This document shows, in pieces, positions 1 to 9,853 of a DNA stretch of 64,000 nt; positions within the stretch are counted from its first letter, which is position 1; each line of letters opens with the position of its first letter. The position numbers and the translations under genes are program-made. The stretch is from Candidatus Poseidoniaceae archaeon (lineage in GTDB: Archaea > Thermoplasmatota > Poseidoniia > Poseidoniales > Poseidoniaceae). The notes beneath the pieces are model-generated. The model saw nothing but the letters and a program-made list of their open reading frames with translations, did no database searches and was not told the origin of the DNA. The stretch lies in the NCBI GenBank assembly GCA_965662895.1, contig CBFIJH010000008.1, positions 1 to 64,000 of the forward strand. Direction: 5' to 3'.

Positions 1-351
1 GTTGCCCATCAGGGTGAATGGTTGTTCAGGAACTTTGGCGGTTACGATCTCAAGAACATGGATGCGATGGGAGCCATTGCCAACGAAGCCATCGATGCCT
101 TGCAGGAAGGGAAGACAGTCCTTATTCACTGCCTCCATGGTCAAGACCGCACCGGAATCATTGGTGCTGCGCTCCTTTATGCTGGACACGAGAGAGACAT
201 GGATCACTACCTCGATAGCATCTTGATTCGAGCACGTCCCGTTCGAGCAGAGTACTGGTTTGGACTGGGCGGTAGGATGAACAATGAATACCAGCGTACG
301 GCTCGCCTCTTGTCACTGCATCTCAAATCAACTCGCCAACTTAGCAGGTAA
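1..351 (+). CDS. Protein tyrosine/dual-specificity phosphatase-like protein (5'-truncated by window edge)
   Basis: Frame open from base 1; CX5R P-loop motif VLIHCLHGQDRTG. Confidence 0.75.
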   Translation, partial: VAHQGEWLFRNFGGYDLKNMDAMGAIANEAIDALQEGKTVLIHCLHGQDRTGIIGAALLYAGHERDMDHYLDSILIRARPVRAEYWFGLGGRMNNEYQRTARLLSLHLKSTRQLSR

Positions 352-355
352 CATT

Positions 356-369
356 GGCGGACGTACCAG
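356..369. repeat. Direct-repeat copy of tRNA-Arg 3' end (putative att site)
   Basis: GGCGGACGTACCAG is identical at 356-369 and 2334-2347; on the minus strand the distal copy reads CTGGTACGTCCGCCA (355-369), ending in CCA. Confidence 0.75.
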
Positions 370-442
370 TCTCCAGACAATCGAGGTTTCGGGGGAGATT
401 TTCTAGGGCAGTTCTAATATACACTGATTTTGACGTTTTCAC

Positions 443-2275
443 ATGGCAGATGTGGGCTCGCCTCTTTCCTATTATCTCCGATCAATGGGAACCTATATTG
501 GATATTGGAATATTCTTGCAATATTCAGTATTTTATCAGGGATTTTTTTATTATTTCTTGCTTACTTAATCCTCAAAGCAAATCCTCAAAAAGCAAAGAA
601 TCGTTTCATGGCTCTCATGCTTGTTACTGAAGCAATTCGATGTTTCACTGCCATGCTGTTTTGGTTGTATGCATGGCCTGAAGAAGCCCTCAATTTCTTG
701 AAGCCTGCCCGTGTTGCATACTATACCATGTCACTCCAACTTTTCATACTCTACATGGTTGCAGCAACGTTCTACAGTGAGAAAAAATGGGCGAAGCAAA
801 TATCTGGATTTTTTAAATTGCATGGATTGTACGCCCTTCCGGTTTTCTGCTTGAGTGTTATTCTTATTGCAAGTCACTTTTTGGGGGGAACCGGTGTTGC
901 AATTGGTGACATCAGTTGGATTTACTGTGAAAGCGTTGGACCAGGCCAGGGTACTACATACTCTGGAGAGCCGTTACCATTCGAGCCGGGATGCTCTGAA
1001 GAATTTGAATCAGTTTATCCTATGACATTTACAAATGTAGTCATAGGGCCACTAAGCCAAGTTCTGCTCTTCGTCCCACTACTCGGCGCTGTTGTGGCAA
1101 CTGTCGCCCTCACACGTTCGAAGAACAGAATTCACAATGCCAAAGATTCAAACCTTCTAGGTGAAGTCAAAGCAGTTCGATTAGGGTTTATCGGCAAGAC
1201 CGTTTTACAAATCACAACAACATTGATTCTATTTTCGATGATTTCAATTATTGGCGGACCTCCTACTCTAGAAATAAATCCGTTTAATCCAAATATTGAG
1301 ATAACGAAAGCATTGTATGTCTTACCACCATTGATGCCCACTGCAGTCGTTTTGGCCGCTTTATTTGAGGGAATAATCTTTACATACGCAGTTATCAAAA
1401 ATGACATGTTCGGAATCGATGAACGTCTGCGAAAGACATTCTCGACGACAATTTTTGCAGGTTCAGGTGCTGTTCTCTTTTTAATGAGCACTGAACTCAT
1501 GGAGTCAGTGTTTAATCAGGGTTGGATTGGAGGTGTATTCATTGGATTGACTTTTATCTTGATGAGAAAACCAATTTTATCAACACTTGGGGTTTTCTCA
1601 ACAAAACTCATCCCCGAATCTCATACTCAAGAAGAGTTAGGTTACCTTGAGATGTATTCGCTTGCGATGAAGGATAGCAGAATCACCGTGAATGAACGCT
1701 CAATGCTAAATTTGCAGGCGACTGCCTATGGAATAGATGTGGATAGAAAGAACTATCTTGAACACTGGTATGATGAATTACAAAGACTTGGCAAAGGTAA
1801 TACCGACTTGGCCAAAAGGTATGGTAAAAGTGGAATAAATATGATGAGCGTTTTTGCAACGACTGGTGAAGCTCCAATCGACGAAAGAGAAATCAAAAAA
1901 GCATTTGAATCAATGGACACCAACAACGACAATCTCATTTCTCCTGAAGAGTTTTCAGCAGCTCCGGAGGTGTTAAAATTGCCTCCAGAGTCACGTTCCA
2001 AATTGTTCAAAGAAATAGACTTGAATGATGATGGCTTGATTCAATACGATGAATTCAAGATTCAGGCACAGATTACTGAATCCGAGGTTCTTGATATGAG
2101 TAAAGAAGATGCTTACTTGGAAGCATATAAAGTGGCAATGGATGACATGATCATAACTGATGATGAGCGAAAGATGCTGAACATACAAGCCAAAACGCTA
2201 GGTATCTCGGATGAAAGAGTTTCAGAATTGGAACGAGATTTCGACTTACAATTCGGACTTCGCGAAACTGAATAA
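443..2275 (+). CDS. Multi-pass membrane protein with two EF-hands and two TerB-like helical repeats
   Basis: About 9-10 hydrophobic segments; EF-hand loops DTNNDNLISPEE and DLNDDGLIQYDE; repeated YLExYxxAMxDxxITxxERxMLNxQAxxxGI motif. Confidence 0.75.
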   Translation: MADVGSPLSYYLRSMGTYIGYWNILAIFSILSGIFLLFLAYLILKANPQKAKNRFMALMLVTEAIRCFTAMLFWLYAWPEEALNFLKPARVAYYTMSLQLFILYMVAATFYSEKKWAKQISGFFKLHGLYALPVFCLSVILIASHFLGGTGVAIGDISWIYCESVGPGQGTTYSGEPLPFEPGCSEEFESVYPMTFTNVVIGPLSQVLLFVPLLGAVVATVALTRSKNRIHNAKDSNLLGEVKAVRLGFIGKTVLQITTTLILFSMISIIGGPPTLEINPFNPNIEITKALYVLPPLMPTAVVLAALFEGIIFTYAVIKNDMFGIDERLRKTFSTTIFAGSGAVLFLMSTELMESVFNQGWIGGVFIGLTFILMRKPILSTLGVFSTKLIPESHTQEELGYLEMYSLAMKDSRITVNERSMLNLQATAYGIDVDRKNYLEHWYDELQRLGKGNTDLAKRYGKSGINMMSVFATTGEAPIDEREIKKAFESMDTNNDNLISPEEFSAAPEVLKLPPESRSKLFKEIDLNDDGLIQYDEFKIQAQITESEVLDMSKEDAYLEAYKVAMDDMIITDDERKMLNIQAKTLGISDERVSELERDFDLQFGLRETE

Positions 2276-2335
2276 TCCTAGCCAATCTTGTTTCGAGCAG
2301 CAAAGGTTCCTCATTCGTTATGCTGGGTCATAAGG

Positions 2336-2409
2336 CGGACGTACCAGGATTCGAACCCGGGTTTTCGGCTTAGAAGGCCAAAGTGATATCCAGACTACAC
2401 TATACGTCC
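2336..2409 (-). tRNA. tRNA-Arg (TCT)
   Basis: Reverse complement GGACGTA...TTGGC-CTTCTAA-GCCGA...GGTTCGAATCC...TACGTCCG folds as a cloverleaf; anticodon TCT; no intron. Confidence 0.95.
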
Positions 2410-2452
2410 TTGTTGGATGCGGAGGCTCACTCTTCAAGAAGGTTACAATCGA

Positions 2453-3013
2453 TTAGAGCGGTCGAGCACACTTCACACATCGACGAGGCTTACGCACCGT
2501 TCGACGTTTCCATTCAAAACCACAATGGCTGCATGTCCATGATTGGACTGTTTGGTTTCCAAGTACGGCATCACGCATTTTCTGTAGTAGTGGAGATTCT
2601 TTCAGTGAAGGAGCAGGAGCGATTTGAGAAACCAACTTGTCGTGTTGTTTGGAATGGATTGTCAAACCTGCTGCATGGAGGAGTTCGTGGACAAATGTGT
2701 GCTTGTACAATGCATCATCTTGCAACAATGCAGGATGCAGTCCAATAGTGATTGGACCCGGATCAAGTCGAAGTTTTCTCCTGCGAACCAATTCATTGCT
2801 TCCTTCATCAAAGCGGGTCATGCCCAAACGATCGTCGCTGACTTCGAGCCATTCCAAAGAGAAACGGTCAGCGACCCATGGGCGAAAAACTGCATCAAGG
2901 ACACCTGAAAGCGTTTGAATCACCTCTTCGACGGAACCTTCTGGAATGTATGGTTCTTGGTCCGGTTCAGGGGTATCAGCGAGAAGTCCCGATGTCTTTC
3001 CCGCCATGCCCAA
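2453..3013 (-). CDS. SprT-like zinc metalloprotease with C-terminal Zn ribbon
   Basis: HELLH zincin motif followed by a third His; WTCSHC...CVKC. Confidence 0.75.
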   Translation of the reverse strand: MGMAGKTSGLLADTPEPDQEPYIPEGSVEEVIQTLSGVLDAVFRPWVADRFSLEWLEVSDDRLGMTRFDEGSNELVRRRKLRLDPGPITIGLHPALLQDDALYKHTFVHELLHAAGLTIHSKQHDKLVSQIAPAPSLKESPLLQKMRDAVLGNQTVQSWTCSHCGFEWKRRTVRKPRRCVKCARPL

Positions 3014-3098
3014 GCCTCGTGCATCTTCTTCATAGGTGTTGGTTTGGGAATGCTTATCATCGGCATGACGGTCGCCAAGGTTGCGTAAGCACCCAAAC

Positions 3099-3171
3099 GG
3101 GCGTGTAGATCAGTTGGAAGATCGCTACCTTGGCATGGTAGAGGCCCCGAGTTCAAATCTCGGCACGTCCA
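3099..3171 (+). tRNA. tRNA-Ala (GGC)
   Basis: GGGCGTG/CACGTCC acceptor stem with G3:U70; anticodon arm CTACC-TTGGCAT-GGTAG; GTTCAAATC T-loop. Confidence 0.95.
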
Positions 3172-3244
3172 CTCCTCTTCTTTTGATTACCATCAACGGA
3201 GTGGATCGTGCTGCCAAAACCGTTGAGTTACTCATCACTTCGGT

Positions 3245-4171
3245 TTATGGCTCGGCACGTCCACCAGCGAATTTACCGTTTAGAGGCTTGAATTGGACGA
3301 TTTGAGAACACCACGCAATCAGTAAGAAGCCACCAACGAAGACGTTGAACGAAATCAACTCAGAAACGAGCCAAACTCCAACATATGAAATCGAGATTGC
3401 CAGAGCAAGCATTGTGATGAACAGTGGAGCTTTTCTTAATCTTGGATCGATGAATGGGTAGACATAGTACCCTCCACCGAAGACGGCGAATGGGAAAGCA
3501 AATGCAGCATAGGCCAAACCTATGAGGATTCCAAACAGCATGTACGCAAATTCAAGTTGAGGCGAGGTAAGCAAGATTTCAACGACGAGGAAGATTGTGC
3601 AGAAGTTGTGCATCATTTGGTTGTGGAACCAAAATTGCCGTTTGTGATGTTCCTCATCGCTGAAGTTCCCTGGCAAGATGACGTATCGGACAACTGTTGA
3701 CGTCAGGAAAGATGCTCCCAAAGCAGTCACGAAAACGCCGGCTAGAAATTGAGCCAACCATGGTGCAATTATCCTATCAGAAAATGCAAAGAACGAACCA
3801 ACGGTTGCGAGTGAGAAGTAAGCGACGTTGAGAATGAGCGTCCAGCTGCTGAACGTAACGAATCTCTGGATACCAAGCGGGTGGATAAGAACATCTTCTT
3901 TCTTGTCATGTAACCGAACAATCATATGACCAGTTTTCATTCTCAACATGAAGAGTATTGCACGCACACCCAACGACAAACAAGCGATGTGCCACACAGC
4001 CATCAGTAGGTCTGAAGGGCCTTGTGTGAGTGAATTTCCTGTCTCGGCAAGAAGGGAGGGAACATCCCAACTGAAAATCAAAATAAGCGAAATGAAGGAA
4101 ATAGAAAACAAGACACCCAGGCTTCGAAGAACATCGTCTTTCGGATGATATCCGTCAAAGGAATCCATCAC
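3245..4171 (-). CDS. Integral membrane protein, FAR-17a/AIG1 (Pr6Pr)-like
   Basis: About 8 TM segments; FVTFSSWT, QMMHN and GYYVYPFID motifs resemble the family's Thr/His and YPF motifs. Confidence 0.5.
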   Translation of the reverse strand: MMDSFDGYHPKDDVLRSLGVLFSISFISLILIFSWDVPSLLAETGNSLTQGPSDLLMAVWHIACLSLGVRAILFMLRMKTGHMIVRLHDKKEDVLIHPLGIQRFVTFSSWTLILNVAYFSLATVGSFFAFSDRIIAPWLAQFLAGVFVTALGASFLTSTVVRYVILPGNFSDEEHHKRQFWFHNQMMHNFCTIFLVVEILLTSPQLEFAYMLFGILIGLAYAAFAFPFAVFGGGYYVYPFIDPRLRKAPLFITMLALAISISYVGVWLVSELISFNVFVGGFLLIAWCSQIVQFKPLNGKFAGGRAEP

Positions 4172-4174
4172 AAT

Positions 4175-6523
4175 TCAACCGTTTGAGTTTTGTTCAGAAT
4201 CCTTGTTCTCAATCTTCTGGTTGGTTCCGAACATCGAATCCATCCACTTCGGCGACCACCAGTTCCACTTGCCCATAAGACGCATGGTGGAGGGTACGAC
4301 GAGCGCCCGAACAATGGTAGCATCGAGGAAGATAGCTAAGGCCAAACCAAGACCAATTTGTTTGAGGATGACGACAGATGAGAGCCCGAATGCCATGAAC
4401 ACGACGACCATGATCGCTGCAGCACCTGTAATGAGACGTCCAGTCTTTTGCAATCCATTCGCAACAGCTTGCGTGTTATCTCCTGTGACTTCCCACTCTT
4501 CATGAATTCGAGAGAGCATCAGGACTTCATAGTCCATGGACAATCCAAAGACGATACAGAAAATAATCACAGGATTGGTCGTTTCGATTGGTTGTGCTGT
4601 AAAATTGAGCAGGCTTTCTCCATAGCCCCATTGGAATACAAAGACAAGCATACCGAATGTGGCAGAAATCGATAGAATGTTCATGATTATGGCCTTGATG
4701 GGGATGATGACACTACGTACCTGAATGAAGATGAGAATGACTGTCGAAATGAAGATGAATGCCAATGCAATCGGAAGATTTTCTACGATTGCATCCTGAA
4801 CATCTAGCGAGTATGCAGCAAAGCCAGCAACGAGCAATTGACCATCATCACCAATGGAAAGATCACTGAGGAATTCACCTCTATCTTCTCGAACATCTGC
4901 AACAAAGCCACGGCCATCTTCACCAGTAATTGGTCCATTCAACGAGAAAATGATGTAGGTGACACCATCGGATATGAACTGTTCTCTGAGGTAATCGCGT
5001 GTCGCTCTCTGCTCTTCATCGAGATACTCATCCGGCGTTTGCCAGTACGCTACGACCGATGATTCGTTCATGCTTGAATCAGGTAATGCATAACCAAAGG
5101 CTGTGATGACCCGTTGGTCATCGATTTGTTCGAGCATCCATTTGTGGGTCGCTCTGAGGTTCTCCTCAGCAAGGGGGTCTTCGCCATCGAAGTCAAGAAC
5201 AACCATGGCGACGTTGACGGCACCTTCGGGCCATTTCTCATCCATGTGTTCGAAACCAACTCGTGTCTCATCGTCCGGAGGAAGAGCATCGCGTGATGCA
5301 ATCGAGAAATCTGCGTAAAGGAACGGTAAACCTGCTCCAAGGAGAATGACCAGCGTTGGGACAAGAACTGCCCATGGCTTTTCCATGACTGTTGTTGCAA
5401 TCTTTGCCCAAACGCCCGTTCCATCATCGTTCTCAGTGCTAAACGAATACGGGATTTTTCCAAAGAAAACACGATGACCTAAAATCGCCATGAGGGCCGG
5501 AAGAACGACAACTGAAAAGATCATAGCAACCGATACTGCAAGTGTACCACCGATGCCGAGACTGGGCAGTCCAGTGTTCTCAAAGAACAGCATGCCCATG
5601 AGGCCGATGGCAACGGTTACACCACTGAAGAACACTGCTTTTCCTGCAGTGGCAACCGTCATTGCCGTTGACGTTCGAATATCTCGCCCTCTGTTCAGTT
5701 CCTCGCGGAATCGGTTAACAAGGAACAATGAGTAATCAACAGACACACCTATTCCGATAAGCGTGATGATGTTGATTGCATATTGTGTAACATCCATTGT
5801 GTTCGATAGCCAAATGGTTAGACCCATCGCAGAAAGAACGGTAAGAACAGCTACTCCAAATGGAAGCAGTGCAGAAATGATGGTTCCGAATACAATACCC
5901 AGAATGATGACGGTAAGAGGCCCTGATATCAACTCAGCCTTGACAAGATCTTCTTGGATGCGAGAATCAAAGGTGACATCGATGGCAATTTCGCCTGTTC
6001 GCCATGACTCAAAGTCGTCATCGATTTCAATGGATTCTTTGTTTTCAGCGAACAGTAATTTGGCTTCTTTTCTGTCTTGATTGATGGTCACTCGATTCTT
6101 TGCCCAGAAACCATCCTCGCCTTGGTAGGCGTACTCGTCACGTTCATCGCCTGTAAGGTCCCACGAATACTGAATGGTTACCTCATCCATGGCAGCGAAA
6201 TCGGAAAGCGCGTCTTCAACCGCCGTTCTCCATGCTTCTGATGCGTCATCCAGTGTTGCATGATGAACGAGGAAGATAAAACTCTGCGACCCTTCATCCT
6301 CGGCGGTGAAAGCACTGTCTCGTAATTCAGCGGCTTCGATGGATTCAAGATCACCCTCACCCCAGGACTCGGCCCAATTTGCCCCCATCCCAATGAGCGA
6401 TGCCATTCCAAGACATGCGATGAGACCAACAGCGAGAACCATCTTGCGACGGTCGTATGTGAACTCACCAAGTTTGTAGAAAAGACGATCTTCTAGCAAC
6501 TTAGGATCAGTAATGGATTCCAT
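4175..6523 (-). CDS. MMPL/RND family transporter
   Basis: Two MMPL repeats: GIGVSVDYSLFLVNRFREE and FGLSMDYEVLMLSRIHEE; C-terminal GKWNWWSP. Confidence 0.92.
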   Translation of the reverse strand: MESITDPKLLEDRLFYKLGEFTYDRRKMVLAVGLIACLGMASLIGMGANWAESWGEGDLESIEAAELRDSAFTAEDEGSQSFIFLVHHATLDDASEAWRTAVEDALSDFAAMDEVTIQYSWDLTGDERDEYAYQGEDGFWAKNRVTINQDRKEAKLLFAENKESIEIDDDFESWRTGEIAIDVTFDSRIQEDLVKAELISGPLTVIILGIVFGTIISALLPFGVAVLTVLSAMGLTIWLSNTMDVTQYAINIITLIGIGVSVDYSLFLVNRFREELNRGRDIRTSTAMTVATAGKAVFFSGVTVAIGLMGMLFFENTGLPSLGIGGTLAVSVAMIFSVVVLPALMAILGHRVFFGKIPYSFSTENDDGTGVWAKIATTVMEKPWAVLVPTLVILLGAGLPFLYADFSIASRDALPPDDETRVGFEHMDEKWPEGAVNVAMVVLDFDGEDPLAEENLRATHKWMLEQIDDQRVITAFGYALPDSSMNESSVVAYWQTPDEYLDEEQRATRDYLREQFISDGVTYIIFSLNGPITGEDGRGFVADVREDRGEFLSDLSIGDDGQLLVAGFAAYSLDVQDAIVENLPIALAFIFISTVILIFIQVRSVIIPIKAIIMNILSISATFGMLVFVFQWGYGESLLNFTAQPIETTNPVIIFCIVFGLSMDYEVLMLSRIHEEWEVTGDNTQAVANGLQKTGRLITGAAAIMVVVFMAFGLSSVVILKQIGLGLALAIFLDATIVRALVVPSTMRLMGKWNWWSPKWMDSMFGTNQKIENKDSEQNSNG

Positions 6524-6571
6524 GTCAACGCGTTGCAAATTTGGTTTATCAACTCATGTATTGGATATCCC

Positions 6572-7174
6572 TTACTTTCCACCAGTAGCCCGGCTTGTTG
6601 GACCTGGCAGAGGAAGGGTTTCTGCACGGTTTTGCACCTTCTTGATGATGAACTGTTCCTCACCGTCGTTATCTGTTGGTTCTGATGAAGCATCGACTTC
6701 CAATCCAAAGTCGAGCAAAGATGTTTGGTCTTGGGGTAGACCCATCTCATCGTTTCCTTCGAACAACTCGGCATCGACAGCATGTGCATAAGCCACTTCA
6801 TCAAGCGCCTCAACTGCAATAAACATCTGACGAGGAAGCCCCCCGCTCAGAGGAACAACGTGGACCATCTCGGCTGGAAGACGACCGTCAAAATTCGAGT
6901 AGTAGGCCATCGACTCATCCTGCATCACGAAATCAATTTGATACCAACGGTCATCGTTTTGCTTTGGACGCAAGCGTATGTGGACCATCAACCCAACCTC
7001 CTCAGCATCATCGACTATTCCAGCTTGTTCAATCATGGATTCAAAGACGGGTCCGAGGAAGGTTTTTCCTTCATTTTTAAGCTCTTTTGCATGACGACCG
7101 TACGTGTAAAGAATACGGTTTTCGGCAAAGTCTTGGCGGCAAACAACAACGGTGGTGTCGGCGTCTTCTCTCAT
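6572..7174 (-). CDS. Hypothetical acidic protein
   Basis: 200-aa ORF co-oriented with the MMPL gene; contains PIP-like QTSLLDF. Confidence 0.65.
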   Translation of the reverse strand: MREDADTTVVVCRQDFAENRILYTYGRHAKELKNEGKTFLGPVFESMIEQAGIVDDAEEVGLMVHIRLRPKQNDDRWYQIDFVMQDESMAYYSNFDGRLPAEMVHVVPLSGGLPRQMFIAVEALDEVAYAHAVDAELFEGNDEMGLPQDQTSLLDFGLEVDASSEPTDNDGEEQFIIKKVQNRAETLPLPGPTSRATGGK

Positions 7175-7269
7175 GCAAGTGTAGAGGGAAGTCGAGAGTA
7201 CTTAATCATACTCAGATTGTGAGAATTCACTCACTCAATACAAGCGTTCATGAATGAATTCTCTCAGCA

Positions 7270-7797
7270 GTGCACATGGAGCAAGCAATCCTCGGCGGCG
7301 GCTGTTTTTGGTGCGTTGAAGGAGCCTACAAGCGAATCAAGGGGGTTCAATCGGCTCTACCTGGCTACGCAGGAGGGCCGCGCCTGAACCCCACCTACGA
7401 GGAAGTCTGCAGCGGTGCAACAGGTCATGCTGAAATCGTCATCATCGATTACGACCCGGACATCATTTCATTCGAAACCATCCTCGAGGTGTTCTTTACC
7501 GTTCATGATCCAACGCAACTGAATCGTCAAGGGAATGATGTTGGAACACAGTATAGAAGTTGCATCATGCCAACGAACGATCAACAGAAAGAAACCGCTT
7601 TGTCCGTCATCGAATCCTTCGCATCCACATTTGACAAACCCATTGTGACAACCATCGAGGAAGCCAAGAACCTGACCATTGCCGAAGCCTACCATCACGA
7701 CTATTATGCGAGGAATCCAAATCAAGGCTATTGTGCCATGGTGGTTGGTCCAAAACTTGCCAAGGTACGCAAAAAGTTGGCACATTTGTACCAATGA
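7270..7797 (+). CDS. msrA: Peptide-methionine (S)-S-oxide reductase
   Basis: GGGCFWC, YEEVCSGATGHAE, RQGNDVGTQYRS, AEAYHHDY. Confidence 0.96.
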   Translation: MHMEQAILGGGCFWCVEGAYKRIKGVQSALPGYAGGPRLNPTYEEVCSGATGHAEIVIIDYDPDIISFETILEVFFTVHDPTQLNRQGNDVGTQYRSCIMPTNDQQKETALSVIESFASTFDKPIVTTIEEAKNLTIAEAYHHDYYARNPNQGYCAMVVGPKLAKVRKKLAHLYQ

Positions 7798-7850
7798 ACC
7801 TCAAGTGACACCTGCGCGAAGTTGAAGGAGTGAGTTCCTGTCGATGAATC

Positions 7851-9482
7851 ATGGTCAATGGAATCTTTCAACCACCTGCACCGCACAACGAGCCAATAAA
7901 GGGATACGTTCGAGGGTCACCAGAACGTATAGAACTTGAAGCAGAACTTGCTCGACAGATGGCAGAAGTGTTGGAAATTCCGTGCATCATCAACGGTGAA
8001 GAGGTCTGGACCGACAACGTCGTTGAGCAAGTCATGCCGCACAACCACGGTCACGTTCTTGCACGGGTCCACCTCGCTGGTGAAAAAGAAGTCAAAGATG
8101 CCATACAAGCATCCCTTGATGCCCACAAAGCATGGTCCACCATGCCATGGGAAGCACGTGGTGCGATTTTCCTCAAAGCAGCCACCATGCTTGCAGGTAA
8201 TCGACGTCAAGAGATCAACGCATCAACCATGTTGAATCAATCCAAGACCTGTCACCAAGCAGAAATCGATTCCGCCTGTGAACTCATTGATTTTTGGCGC
8301 TTCAACGTCGACTATGCTCGACAAATCTACGAAGATCTTCAACCACCGATCAGCCCTGAAGGTGTGTGGAATCAGAGCGAAATTCGACCTCTGGAAGGCT
8401 TCGTTTTCTCGGTAACACCATTCAACTTCACCAGTATCGCAGGAAATCTTCCATCCTGCGCAGCCATCATGGGCAATACCGGTGTTTGGAAGCCAAGCCG
8501 CAACTCCTATCTCTCGAATTACAGAGTTATGAAACTCATGATGGACGCTGGCTTACCTCCTGGCGTCATCAATTTCGTCCCCGGCCCCGCATCCGTTGTC
8601 GGTGACATCTGCATGTCCCACCCCGACCTTGCTGGCATCCACTTTACCGGTTCAACAGCTGTCTTCCGCAAGCTGTGGCGAGATGTTGCCAACAATTTGG
8701 AAAACCTTCGCAGTTACCCACGTATCGTTGGCGAAACTGGTGGAAAGGACTTCATCGTCGCTCATCCAAAATGCGACGAAGAGGCATTGATTGTAGCGCT
8801 TCTACGGGGAGCTTTTGAGTTCCAAGGACAGAAATGTTCTGCTGCAAGTCGTGCCTACATCCCGAGTTCAGTCTGGTCTCGCATCGAGGCAAAATACGTC
8901 GAAGAAGTCGGGAAAATTACCATAGGTGATGTCGCAGATTTCGCCAACTTCATGGGCGCAGTCATCGACAAGAAGTCCTTCGATAACATCGCAGGATACA
9001 TCGACAGGGCGCATGCTGATGAAGGATGCACAATCGTAACAGGTGGCTCCTACGATGATTCAACTGGCTATTTTGTTGAACCAACAACCATAGTTTGCTC
9101 GGATCCAATGTATGAGTCCATGCAAGAGGAAATTTTCGGCCCTGTACTCTCCATTCATGTTTATGATGATTCCAAGTTCGATGACGTTCTCAAACTGTGC
9201 GACTCCACATCGGAATATGCGCTCACAGGTTCGATTTTTGCTGCTGACCGCGTGGATATTGAAACTGCCAAGGATGCGCTTCGATTTAGTGCAGGAAACT
9301 TCTACATCAATGACAAACCAACGGGAGCGGTTGTCGGCCAACAACCGTTTGGAGGAGCACGTGGAAGTGGTACAAACGACAAAGCAGGAAGTCCACTTAA
9401 CTTGCTTCGATGGGTTTCCCCTCGCTCCATCAAGGAGACCTTCACGCCTCCACGAAGTTGGGGCTACGGCTTTCTCGAGTGA
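7851..9482 (+). CDS. pruA: 1-pyrroline-5-carboxylate (glutamate gamma-semialdehyde) dehydrogenase
   Basis: ALDH motifs PFNF, FTGST, GETGGKD, FQGQKCSAAS, EEIFGP, GQQPFGG. Confidence 0.93.
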   Translation: MVNGIFQPPAPHNEPIKGYVRGSPERIELEAELARQMAEVLEIPCIINGEEVWTDNVVEQVMPHNHGHVLARVHLAGEKEVKDAIQASLDAHKAWSTMPWEARGAIFLKAATMLAGNRRQEINASTMLNQSKTCHQAEIDSACELIDFWRFNVDYARQIYEDLQPPISPEGVWNQSEIRPLEGFVFSVTPFNFTSIAGNLPSCAAIMGNTGVWKPSRNSYLSNYRVMKLMMDAGLPPGVINFVPGPASVVGDICMSHPDLAGIHFTGSTAVFRKLWRDVANNLENLRSYPRIVGETGGKDFIVAHPKCDEEALIVALLRGAFEFQGQKCSAASRAYIPSSVWSRIEAKYVEEVGKITIGDVADFANFMGAVIDKKSFDNIAGYIDRAHADEGCTIVTGGSYDDSTGYFVEPTTIVCSDPMYESMQEEIFGPVLSIHVYDDSKFDDVLKLCDSTSEYALTGSIFAADRVDIETAKDALRFSAGNFYINDKPTGAVVGQQPFGGARGSGTNDKAGSPLNLLRWVSPRSIKETFTPPRSWGYGFLE

Positions 9483-9817
9483 TGGGGCCATCGACCCTTT
9501 GCCTCGAGTGCATTTTGCACCTTAGGCGTCAGCAATTCACCGCGTCGGTTTTTTGCAATGAGCGAAAGCAAATACCATCCGATGGAGAGAATAGGTGTGG
9601 CGACAAGCAAGGTCAAGGAAAACCATACAACAAGGTTGCCATCGGTTGCAAACCACGACCATATACCTGTACCCAGCATCGTGATGATCAAAAAGATTCG
9701 AGATGCCTCACTGGGTGTCGACATTCCGCGATGATCGATTCGAGGAGCAAACAGTTTGTTGACGAGGCTCATTATTCGAATTAACATTCTCACCTTTTTG
9801 AAGAACTGTTTCATCAT
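9464..9817 (-). CDS. Small hypothetical 2-TM membrane protein (start uncertain)
   Basis: Two hydrophobic helices; fills the gap after pruA. Confidence 0.6.
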   Translation of the reverse strand: MMKQFFKKVRMLIRIMSLVNKLFAPRIDHRGMSTPSEASRIFLIITMLGTGIWSWFATDGNLVVWFSLTLLVATPILSIGWYLLSLIAKNRRGELLTPKVQNALEAKGRWPHHSRKP

Positions 9818-9853
9818 TGGCGAAGCCTTAACTCATGAAACGGTGAGGGGCAA

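Noticed and set aside
2878-3305. Short ORFs around 2.9-3.3 kb
   Set aside because: They overlap tRNA-Ala and real genes and have no recognisable motifs.
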